Of a DNA stretch of 64,000 nt, positions 56,829 through 64,000 are shown piece by piece. The stretch lies in contig CAVQUN010000006.1 of the NCBI GenBank assembly GCA_963716935.1, forward strand, positions 83,678 through 147,677. Reading direction: 5' to 3'. Numbering within the stretch: the stretch's first letter is position 1; each line of letters opens with the position of its first letter. This stretch comes from an uncultured Actinomycetes bacterium. GTDB taxonomy: Bacteria; Actinomycetota; UBA4738; HRBIN12. The translations under genes were made by a program, and so were the position numbers. A model generated the notes under the pieces. It saw only the letters and a program-made list of their open reading frames with translations. It made no database searches and was not told the origin of the DNA.

Positions 56829-57679
56829 CTACGGCTGGACGACGCTGAAGTCGAACGAGCTCGGGATCGGGTCCGGGAGCTCGTCCTTCGAGCCATAGGT
56901 CACGACGATCACGGACTGATCGTCGAGGGGGACGTTGCGGAACGGCACCGTGACCTCCTGGCCGCCCTGATAGACGCGGAGCTTCGCGTCGGAGGCGTTG
57001 CAGTACCCGCCCAGACACGTCTGGCTGAACCGCACGCCCCACACGTCGAAGAACTGCCCGAGGTTGAAGTCGGCGACCGTGCTCGACTCGATGTGCACGA
57101 CCCCGTCGTCCGAGTGGGTGTGGATCGACTGCGATGTCGCCGGTGGCTCTCGTTGATGCCGACGTTGACCGGGATCGTCACCGGGCTCCCGTGGACGAAG
57201 ATCTGGACGTTCACGTGGTTGTGCATGGCGAGCGTGTCGGCGTGCGCCGGCAGGCCGATCGCGTCGGCGCGCGCGGCCGCCTCCTCCGCGTTGGCCGGCC
57301 ACGGGGCCTCGGTCGTGAGCTCGCCGGGAAGAGCGTCCGGGCGGGTCGTGTCCTTGGGCCGAGCGATGAGGAAGACCGACACGGCGACGACGGCCGCGAT
57401 GCCGCCCACCCAGGCGAGCCGCCGCAGCTGCTCGCCGCGCCGCACGCGCCGCCGGATGTCCTCGCGCTGGCGCCGGGCGAGCTCCTTCTTCTCGGCCCGG
57501 GTCCGCTGCGGGGTCGACGTCGGGCGCTCGCCGGTTCGCGGCGGCTCGGACGGCGCTCTCGTGTCGGTCTTCGTCGCGGTCCGCTCTTGCGGCTTCGCGC
57601 CGTCCGTGGACCCGTCTGCCGTCCGCGACGCAGCGGTGGTTCGGGGCCGGGTGCTGGGCTTGCGTCGCTTCTTCGCCAT
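56829..57679 (-). pseudogene. Membrane-anchored His-rich extracytoplasmic protein, frame-shifted near 57150
   Basis: Frame A (start 57679) reads MAKKRRKPS..., a TM helix, ...HNHVNVQIFVHGSPVTIPVNVGINES, then junk. The second frame (ORF 56829-57302) continues ...IHTHSDDGVVHIESSTVADFNLGQFFDVWGVRF...VVTYGS to the stop at 56829. Confidence 0.65.
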
Positions 57680-57702
57680 CGCGCCGGTTCCTTCCGATCG
57701 CC

Positions 57703-58449
57703 TCAGAAGGCGAGGCCCGCCTCGGGTGCGTCCCCGAGGTATGTACGGCGCCCGTAGGGCGGTGCGCCGTACTTCGCGGCGAAATCGAACGCCGCGGCCA
57801 GGCTGACCTGCCCGCAGGTCTGCACGTGGTGCCAGGACACGAGCGCCATCTCCGTGCCCGACGGCAGGCTCCCCGCCGCCCCCTGGGCCGGGTAGTCGTA
57901 CGGCGCGACGATCACCCGGGCCCCGGCCGTCGACTGGTCGAAGAACGTGCGGAGGCGCTCGAGCTCAGCCCCGCTCGCGTCCGGCGCGTACCAGATCACG
58001 GCGGCGCCGTGCTCGAGCGAGTGGACGACCCGATCGATGTCGGGAGGCGCGTCGTAGACGCCGGGTCCCTGCGTCACGGCGTTGTGCGGCCCCGACGCGG
58101 GCGGTACCGACGGGTAGGTCGACAGCGGCGGCATCTGCCCGCTGATGTGCACGCGATCCTGGTCCTCGGGCTGGTAGGGACCGACGTCTTCGACGGCGCC
58201 GCAGCCGGCCGCCTGCTTGGCGTCCGCGGCGACCCGGAACAGGTCGCCGGGCGTGGCGATGGCCGTCGACGGTCGCGTCAGCGCGAAGGTCGCCACTCCC
58301 ACCGCGATGGCGAGCACGACGACGAGCGCCAGCCGCCGGTTCCGCTTCGAGCGGGCGATCCTGCGCTCGATCTCGACGCGCTCGCGCCGCGCCTGCTCCT
58401 TGCGCTCGGCCTTCGTCGTCCGGCCGTTCGTGGTCTGTCGGTTCGCCAT
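57703..58449 (-). CDS. DUF3105-like membrane-anchored protein
   Basis: Internal ATG 58449. Basic N-terminus MANRQTTNGRTTKAERKEQARRER, one TM helix, then SGPHNAV, VHSLEHGAAVIWY and VSWHHVQTC. Confidence 0.7.
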   Translation of the reverse strand: MANRQTTNGRTTKAERKEQARRERVEIERRIARSKRNRRLALVVVLAIAVGVATFALTRPSTAIATPGDLFRVAADAKQAAGCGAVEDVGPYQPEDQDRVHISGQMPPLSTYPSVPPASGPHNAVTQGPGVYDAPPDIDRVVHSLEHGAAVIWYAPDASGAELERLRTFFDQSTAGARVIVAPYDYPAQGAAGSLPSGTEMALVSWHHVQTCGQVSLAAAFDFAAKYGAPPYGRRTYLGDAPEAGLAF

Positions 58450-58604
58450 GGGATCCCGATCACGTCTCGGTGGGCCATCCAGGATACCCACGGGCGCCGG
58501 ATGCGAGCCCCGCCGATCGGCCCGGTGCTTGCGTGACGCGGCGGCCGAGCGCGTCCCAAACGGCGGTGCGATACTCCGCGAGATCGCATAGAGGGGGGAT
58601 CCGG

Positions 58605-59888
58605 ATGGATGCCAGCGCACGGCGCAGGTGGTGGTCGTTGCTCGTGGCGCTCGTGGTCATGGCCCTGGTCGCGGCCGCGTGCAGCAACGACGACGGAGGG
58701 GGAGGCTCGACGACGGGCGGTGAGGCCACCGGCGGCGAGACCACCGGAGCCACCGGTTCCACCCCGACGGGCGAGCCGCTCGTCTTCGGGATGATCCTGG
58801 TGGGACCGCAGGAGGACCACGGCTGGTCGCAGGCTCACTTCGAGGCCGGGCAGTACGTCGAGGACAAGCTCGGCGCCCAGATGATCGTGATCGACAAGGT
58901 GAATCCCACCGATCGTCCGGAAACGAGCGTCGAGCAGGTCGTCTCGGACATGATCGATCAGGGCGCGCAGCTCATCTTCGCCACGTCCGACGACTTCAAG
59001 GACGGCATCGAGGCGGCCGCCGCCGAGCACCCCGACGTCCCGATGATCTGGTCGTCCGGCGACAGCGCGTGGCAGGAGGGTCAGGGCTACATGCCCGATC
59101 TCACGAACCTCGGCAACGTGATGGGGCGCATGGAGTACGGCAAGATGATCGCCGGCTGCGCCGCGGCGCTCACCACGCAGACGGGACAGATCGGCTACCT
59201 CGGCCCGCTGATCAACGACGAGACGCGGCGCCTGGCCAACTCGGCGTTCCTCGGGGCGCGGTACTGCTGGGAGAACTACCGGGGCGAGGATCCCGGCTCC
59301 CTGCAGTTCTCGGTCAACTGGATCGGGTTCTGGTTCAACATCCCCGGCGTGACGCTCGACCCCACTCAGGTCACGAACGAGTTCTACGACTCGGGCGTCG
59401 ACGTCGTCCTGAGCGGGATCGACACGACCGAGGCCCTCGTCCGCGCCGGGCAGCGCGCCGACGCGGGCGAGACGGTGTGGGCGATCCCGTACGACTTCAA
59501 GGGGGCGTGTGACGGAGCGCCGAGCGTGTGCCTCGGGGTCCCGTATTTCAACTGGGGTCCCGCCTACCTCGGGATCGCGCAGTCCGTCCTCGACGGGTCG
59601 TTCACGGCCGACTTCCAGTGGAACGGGCCCGACTGGGCCGACATCAACGATCCCGACACGTCCGCCGTGGGGTTCGTGCAGGGGCCGGCGCTGTCCTCGG
59701 ACAACGCCGCCACGCTCGACGAGTTCATCGCCGGGCTCGGCGACGGGTCGATCAGCCTCTACACGGGTCCGCTCAACTGGCAGGACGGCTCCGCGTTCCT
59801 CGCGGACGGCGAGACCGGGACCGACCTGCAGGTCTGGTACCAGACCCAGCTCCTGGAGGGCATGAAGGGCGCGAGCTCTGCAGACTGA
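58605..59888 (+). CDS. BMP-family (PnrA/Med-like) ABC transporter substrate-binding lipoprotein
   Basis: ATG 58605 with GAGGGGGG upstream. Lipobox VAAAC, a Gly/Thr linker, then FGMILVGPQEDHGWSQAH...IFATSDDF...GYLGP. Confidence 0.8.
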   Translation: MDASARRRWWSLLVALVVMALVAAACSNDDGGGGSTTGGEATGGETTGATGSTPTGEPLVFGMILVGPQEDHGWSQAHFEAGQYVEDKLGAQMIVIDKVNPTDRPETSVEQVVSDMIDQGAQLIFATSDDFKDGIEAAAAEHPDVPMIWSSGDSAWQEGQGYMPDLTNLGNVMGRMEYGKMIAGCAAALTTQTGQIGYLGPLINDETRRLANSAFLGARYCWENYRGEDPGSLQFSVNWIGFWFNIPGVTLDPTQVTNEFYDSGVDVVLSGIDTTEALVRAGQRADAGETVWAIPYDFKGACDGAPSVCLGVPYFNWGPAYLGIAQSVLDGSFTADFQWNGPDWADINDPDTSAVGFVQGPALSSDNAATLDEFIAGLGDGSISLYTGPLNWQDGSAFLADGETGTDLQVWYQTQLLEGMKGASSAD

Positions 59889-59904
59889 TCGCGCGGCGAA
59901 CGTC

Positions 59905-59939
59905 GGGAGCGGGACGGGACCGGGTCCCGTCCCGCTCCC
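59905..59939 (+). terminator. Perfect 16-bp hairpin between the binding-protein and ATPase genes (intra-operon attenuator or mRNA stabiliser)
   Basis: GGGAGCGGGACGGGAC-CGG-GTCCCGTCCCGCTCCC is followed by TT. It starts 17 nt after the stop at 59888 and ends 22 nt before ATG 59961. Confidence 0.5.
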
Positions 59940-59960
59940 TTCGTCGACGCCGCCGCCCGG

Positions 59961-61427
59961 ATGAGCCTCGAGCTCCGATCCATCCGCAAGTCCTACGGGC
60001 CGGTCCGCGCGAACGACGGCGTGTCGCTCACCGTCGAGGCGGGCGCGCTCCACGGCCTCCTCGGCGAGAACGGCGCCGGCAAGTCCACGCTGATGAAGAT
60101 CCTGTCGGGCTTCATCGGGGCCGACTCGGGCGAGATCGTGCTCGACGGGACCTCCCTGCAGCTGTCCTCGCCGCGGGACGGGATCCGCGCGGGGATCGGC
60201 ATGCTCCACCAGGACCCGCTCGTGTTCCTGCCGTTCAGCGTCCTCGACAACTTCCTCCTCGGCGGCGTTGGGGGTCTCGGCGTGGACCGCCGCGCGGGGG
60301 CGCGGGCGCTGCGCGAGCTCAGCGAACGATTCGGCTTCGCGTTCGATCTCGACGCTCCGGCGCGCGGCCTCACGATCGGGGAGCGCCAGCAGCTCGAGAT
60401 CGTCCGCCTCCTGTGGCTCGGCGCGCGGGTGCTCATCCTGGACGAGCCGACCTCCGGCATCTCGGCGAGCCAGCGCACGAAGCTCTTCGAGGTGCTCCGC
60501 TCGCTCGCCGCCGAGGGGATGATCGTCATCTTCGTCTCGCACAAGCTGGAGGAGGTGGAGGAGCTCTGCCAGCGGGTGTCGGTCATGCGACGCGGCAGGG
60601 CGGTCGGCGACGCGGAGCTCCCCTGTCCCACCGACGAGCTGGTTGAGCTGATGTTCGGCCGGGTGCTCGTCGAGCCCGAGCCGGGGGAGCAGGAGCTCGG
60701 GGAGCCCGTGCTCGAGCTCGAGCGCACGACGCTCCGCGGGCCGACGGTCACGACCCCGGACCTCACGCTCTCCGTGCGCGAGGGGGAGATCGTCGGCCTC
60801 GCGGGCCTCGAGGGCAGCGGGCAGGGAACGTTGCTTCGCGCGTGCGCCGGGCTGCTCGAGCCGGACGCCGGCGTCGTGCGCATCGCCGGCCGCGACCTCA
60901 CCGGCCGTGACTATCGCGAGTTCCTGGCGGCCGGCACCCATTACCTGCCTGCCGGCCGGCTCGAGGAGGGACTCGTGCCGGGCCTGAGCATCGTCGAGCA
61001 CTTCGTGCTGACGGGCGGAGAACGCCGCTTCTTCGTCGACTGGGACGAGACGCGTCGATCGGCGCAGGAGCGAATCGAGGAGAACCACATCGTGGGCAGG
61101 CCCGACTCGACGGCCGACGGACTGTCCGGCGGGAACCAGCAGCGCCTGCTGCTCGCGATGATGCCGGCGGACGTGTCGCTCCTGCTCATGGAGCACCCCA
61201 CCCGGGGGCTGGACATCGAATCCGCGGCCTGGGTGTGGTCTCGACTGCTCGAGCGCCGGGCGGCGGGGTGCGCGATCGTGTTCGCGAGCGCCGACCTCGA
61301 CGAGCTGCTTCGCTACAGCGATCGCATCCTCGTCTTCTTCGCCGGCGAGGTCCTGAAGGTGCTCGACGCGCGCGCGACCTCGGGCGAGGAGCTCGGGTAC
61401 CTGATCGGCGGCAAGGAGCGAGTGTGA
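59961..61427 (+). CDS. ABC transporter ATP-binding protein with duplicated NBDs (sugar/nucleoside importer type)
   Basis: 488 aa. Walker A GENGAGKSTLMK, signature-like LTIGERQQLEI, Walker B LILDEPTSG and a second signature LSGGNQQR. Confidence 0.9.
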   Translation: MSLELRSIRKSYGPVRANDGVSLTVEAGALHGLLGENGAGKSTLMKILSGFIGADSGEIVLDGTSLQLSSPRDGIRAGIGMLHQDPLVFLPFSVLDNFLLGGVGGLGVDRRAGARALRELSERFGFAFDLDAPARGLTIGERQQLEIVRLLWLGARVLILDEPTSGISASQRTKLFEVLRSLAAEGMIVIFVSHKLEEVEELCQRVSVMRRGRAVGDAELPCPTDELVELMFGRVLVEPEPGEQELGEPVLELERTTLRGPTVTTPDLTLSVREGEIVGLAGLEGSGQGTLLRACAGLLEPDAGVVRIAGRDLTGRDYREFLAAGTHYLPAGRLEEGLVPGLSIVEHFVLTGGERRFFVDWDETRRSAQERIEENHIVGRPDSTADGLSGGNQQRLLLAMMPADVSLLLMEHPTRGLDIESAAWVWSRLLERRAAGCAIVFASADLDELLRYSDRILVFFAGEVLKVLDARATSGEELGYLIGGKERV

Positions 61428-62479
61428 GCTCGCGCGCCGCCCGGGTGGGAACCGCGGCGCTCCCCATCGCGCTGGCGTTCGCCGTGGCGGTCGTGCTCCT
61501 GTGGCTCTCCGGCGCCCCGCCGTTCGAGGCCCTCCGGCTGCTGTGGGAGGGCTCGTTCGGAAGCACGGCGAAGATCTCGGACACCCTCACGGCGTGGGTG
61601 CCGCTCGCGCTCGCGTCGGCCGGCCTGGTCGTCACGTTCGCCGCCGGTCTATGGAACATCGGGGTCGAGGGCCAGATCGTCTCGGGCGCCATCGTGGCGA
61701 CGTGGGTCGCGCGCGAGATGCCCGGTCCCTCCGCCGTCTTGATCCCCGCCATCCTGGTCGCCGGCATCATCGGCGGCGCGCTGTGGGCGCTGCTCGCCGG
61801 CGTGTTGAAGACCCGGGGCGGCGTGAACGAGATCTTCGGCGGGCTCGGCCTGGACTTCGTCGCCTCGGGCGTGGCGATCTACCTCATCATCGGACCCTGG
61901 AAGCGGGCCGGCGTCGCCTCCACGAGCGGCACGGACCTGTTCCGGCCGGAGGCGTGGCTGCCGACCGTGGGCGCGGCGCAGATCCCCCTGCTGGCCGTCG
62001 GGCTCGCGCTCGCCGCGGTCGTGCTCGTGTACGTGCTGATGCGCTCGACGATGCTCGGGCTTCGGCTGAAGGCGGTGGGGAAGAACGCGAGGAGCGCGCG
62101 CCTGCTCGGTATCCGAACCGAACGGCACACGCTGGGGGCGTTCGCCATGTGTGGCGCGCTTGCGGGTCTGGCCGGGGCGATCCAGGTCGCCGGTGCGTTC
62201 CACAAGCTCGTCCCGGCCGTCTCGGGTGGGTACGGGTTCCTCGGGATCCTGGTCGTGCTGCTCGCGGGCTTCCGGGCGGCCTGGATCGGGCCGATCGCCC
62301 TGTTCTTCGCGGCGGTCGCGGTGGGCAGCACCCAGCTCTCGCTCCGCCTCGACCTGGACTCCTCGCTCGGCGGCGTCCTGCAGGGGGTGCTGGTGCTGTT
62401 CGTGATCCTCGCGGGCGGGTGGCAGGCGCGTCGGGCGCGACGCGCAAAGGTGGCCTCGCAGGCCGGGGAGGAGCCCTAG
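61424..62479 (+). CDS. ABC transporter permease (BMP/nucleoside importer type)
   Basis: GTG 61424 overlaps the ATPase stop (GTGA). Multi-pass hydrophobic protein with a NIGVEGQ block. Confidence 0.85.
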   Translation: MSSRAARVGTAALPIALAFAVAVVLLWLSGAPPFEALRLLWEGSFGSTAKISDTLTAWVPLALASAGLVVTFAAGLWNIGVEGQIVSGAIVATWVAREMPGPSAVLIPAILVAGIIGGALWALLAGVLKTRGGVNEIFGGLGLDFVASGVAIYLIIGPWKRAGVASTSGTDLFRPEAWLPTVGAAQIPLLAVGLALAAVVLVYVLMRSTMLGLRLKAVGKNARSARLLGIRTERHTLGAFAMCGALAGLAGAIQVAGAFHKLVPAVSGGYGFLGILVVLLAGFRAAWIGPIALFFAAVAVGSTQLSLRLDLDSSLGGVLQGVLVLFVILAGGWQARRARRAKVASQAGEEP

Positions 62480-62480
62480 C

Positions 62481-63422
62481 GTGGGCGCGACCCTGGCATC
62501 CATCGTGGCGGCCGCGAGCCCGCTCGTGTACGTCGCGATCGGCGAGACGATCGCGGAGAAGTCAGGGGTCGTGAACCTCTCGCTCGAGGGCACCGTGATG
62601 CTCTCGGCGATGACCGGCTTCGCCGTGGCGTTCACCACCGGTCAGGTGGTGCTCGGCTTCTTGGCCGCCGCGGCCGTTGGGATGGTGATCGCCGCCGTGG
62701 TCGTGTTCGCGAGCATCGAGCTCCGCCTGAACCAGATCGCGGTCGGCTTCGTCCTCACCCTGCTCGCGATCGAGTTGAGCAGCTTCCTCGGCGACTCCTA
62801 CGTCGGCCAGCCGGGCCCCGCCGTGCCCTCGCTCGCGATCCCGGGCCTGTCGCAGATCCCGTTCGTCGGCCGCGTCCTGTTCCGGCACAACCTCTCCGTG
62901 TACGGCAGTTACGTCGCGATCGTCGGCGCATACCTGTTGCTCTTCAAGACGCGCCGCGGCCTCGAGCTCCAGGGCGTCGGCGAGCGCCCCGAGGCGGCGT
63001 TCGCGCGAGGGATCCCCGTGAACCGTTTGCGGTACCTGTACGCGATCGCGGGGGGCGCGATGGCCGGGATCGCCGGGGCGGCGTTCTCCCTCGACGTCAA
63101 GTTCGGGTGGCGCGAGGGGCTCACCTCCAACTACGGCTGGATCGCCCTCGCGATCGTGATCTTCGGGGGATGGCATCCCGTGCGCGTCGCCGCGGGTGCC
63201 TACCTGTTCGGCGCCCTGCAGATCCTCGCGCTCAAGCTGCAGCCCGTGTTCCCGGGGCTGTCGCAGATCCTGCCGCTCCTGCCGTTCCCGCTCATGATCT
63301 TCGCGCTCGTGGTCGTGTTCCTCCGGCCGTTCCGTGAGTTCGCGGACCGGCACCCGGCGCTCCGTCCCTATCTGGCGGCCAACCCCCCCTCGGCGCTCGC
63401 GACGTCGTTCCATCGCGAGTGA
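62481..63422 (+). CDS. ABC transporter permease (second subunit)
   Basis: 313 aa, multi-pass. GETIAEKSGVVNLSLEGTVM is typical of this permease family. Confidence 0.85.
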   Translation: MGATLASIVAAASPLVYVAIGETIAEKSGVVNLSLEGTVMLSAMTGFAVAFTTGQVVLGFLAAAAVGMVIAAVVVFASIELRLNQIAVGFVLTLLAIELSSFLGDSYVGQPGPAVPSLAIPGLSQIPFVGRVLFRHNLSVYGSYVAIVGAYLLLFKTRRGLELQGVGERPEAAFARGIPVNRLRYLYAIAGGAMAGIAGAAFSLDVKFGWREGLTSNYGWIALAIVIFGGWHPVRVAAGAYLFGALQILALKLQPVFPGLSQILPLLPFPLMIFALVVVFLRPFREFADRHPALRPYLAANPPSALATSFHRE

Positions 63423-63437
63423 AGGAGGCCGGACCGG

Positions 63438-64000
63438 TCACCGTTCCGAGAGGAACGCATCGATCGCGTCCCGGCTCGGAAATCGCGCCGCGCGGCCGGC
63501 CGGCATCCGGCCGACGGCGATCGCTCCGAGCGCGAACCACCCCTCGTCCATCCCGACGGCCGCTCGCGTCTCCTCCTGAAGGAAGACGGCCTCGGGCGTC
63601 CACGCGGTCCCGAAGCCCTGAGCGTGCAGCGCGAACGCGAGGTTCTCGATCGCCGCGCCGGCGGAGAGCAGGACCAGCTCCTGCGCCGCGTGTGTCCGCC
63701 CGGGGTCGTCCGAGCCGGGCGCGTCGTCGAAATGAAGCCAGGGGACGACGATCACGGCCGACGAACGGAGCAGCGCCGCGTCGGGGTCGTCGGCCGGCGC
63801 GCCGAACGCGGCGACGAGCCGGCGCCTCGCGCTCGCCGAGACGAGCGCGGTGAAGGCCCACGGCCGCGAGCCGGTCGGCGACGGCGCCGCGAGCGCCGCT
63901 CGGACGGCCGTCTCGATCGCCTCCCGAGGGACGTCGCCTTTGCCGAACGACCGGGCGGTCCCGTGGGAGGAGATCGCGAGCAGCGGGGACTCGCGGAACA
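63438..64000 (-). CDS. Nitroreductase-family protein (5' end beyond the window)
   Basis: The frame stays open upstream of the listed ORF 63438-63755 to the window edge. My translation reads ...HGTARSFGKGDVPREAIETAVRAALAAPSPTGSRPWAFTALV...AAIENLAFALHAQGFGTAW. Confidence 0.7.
   Translation of the reverse strand, partial: FRESPLLAISSHGTARSFGKGDVPREAIETAVRAALAAPSPTGSRPWAFTALVSASARRRLVAAFGAPADDPDAALLRSSAVIVVPWLHFDDAPGSDDPGRTHAAQELVLLSAGAAIENLAFALHAQGFGTAWTPEAVFLQEETRAAVGMDEGWFALGAIAVGRMPAGRAARFPSRDAIDAFLSER

Noticed and set aside
59911-59933. GGGAC-CGG-GTCCC palindrome resembling a DosR box
   Set aside because: The half-site spacing is 3 nt rather than the 4 nt of the DosR consensus. The palindrome is simply the tip of a 16-bp hairpin inside an ABC importer operon, so it is treated as RNA structure.
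58278-61196. 972-aa ORF antisense to the BMP-family binding-protein and ABC ATPase genes
   Set aside because: This is the same shadow-ORF pattern. The plus-strand genes have unambiguous lipobox and Walker motifs.

Overview
High-GC bacterial chromosome segment (roughly 70% GC or more by eye, not computed). It looks like Actinomycetota: there is an LCP ligase, a SigK/RskA-like pair, DosR-like signalling, DUF3105 proteins and many apparently leaderless genes. I found no rRNA, tRNA, CRISPR array, transposase or integrase. Coding density is very high, and many neighbouring genes overlap by 4 nt (ATGA/GTGA). Gene content in order: ftsH 3' end; DinB, Nudix, thiolase and acyl-CoA dehydrogenase; a membrane coiled-coil sensor plus a soluble His-less kinase-like protein; a nurA-herA-mre11-rad50 cassette; two lipoproteins; a thioesterase and aconitase; two tandem AlaDH/PNT-family paralogues; a redox/dormancy-style island; an ECF sigma/anti-sigma pair; an Acs-family ligase; a ~15 kb cell-wall glycopolymer locus; a DUF3105 membrane-protein operon; a BMP-family ABC importer; and a partial nitroreductase gene. 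The redox island holds a DHOD-like protein, nifJ-type PFOR, DoxX, a NarL/DosR-like regulator, a cupredoxin-multicopper oxidase, a GAF kinase, a CBS-BON protein, USPs, a GNAT-ACS acetyltransferase and an ApbE/ferric-reductase operon. The glycopolymer locus holds LCP, rmlA/B/D, glycosyltransferases, a Wzm/Wzt-type exporter and SpoIID. The most interesting observations are: (1) the archaeal-style, translationally coupled nurA-herA-mre11-rad50 cassette; (2) a sensor kinase apparently split into two genes, with Ala at the phospho-acceptor position; (3) an ApbE operon with no recognisable flavinylation substrate but two paralogous small anchored proteins; (4) three disrupted genes (PFOR frameshift, in-frame TGA in the ECF sigma gene, frameshifted membrane protein); and (5) a recurring TANNNT hexamer 6-8 nt upstream of start codons, which suggests widespread leaderless transcription. 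All functional calls come from motifs read in the supplied translations. No database search was run.
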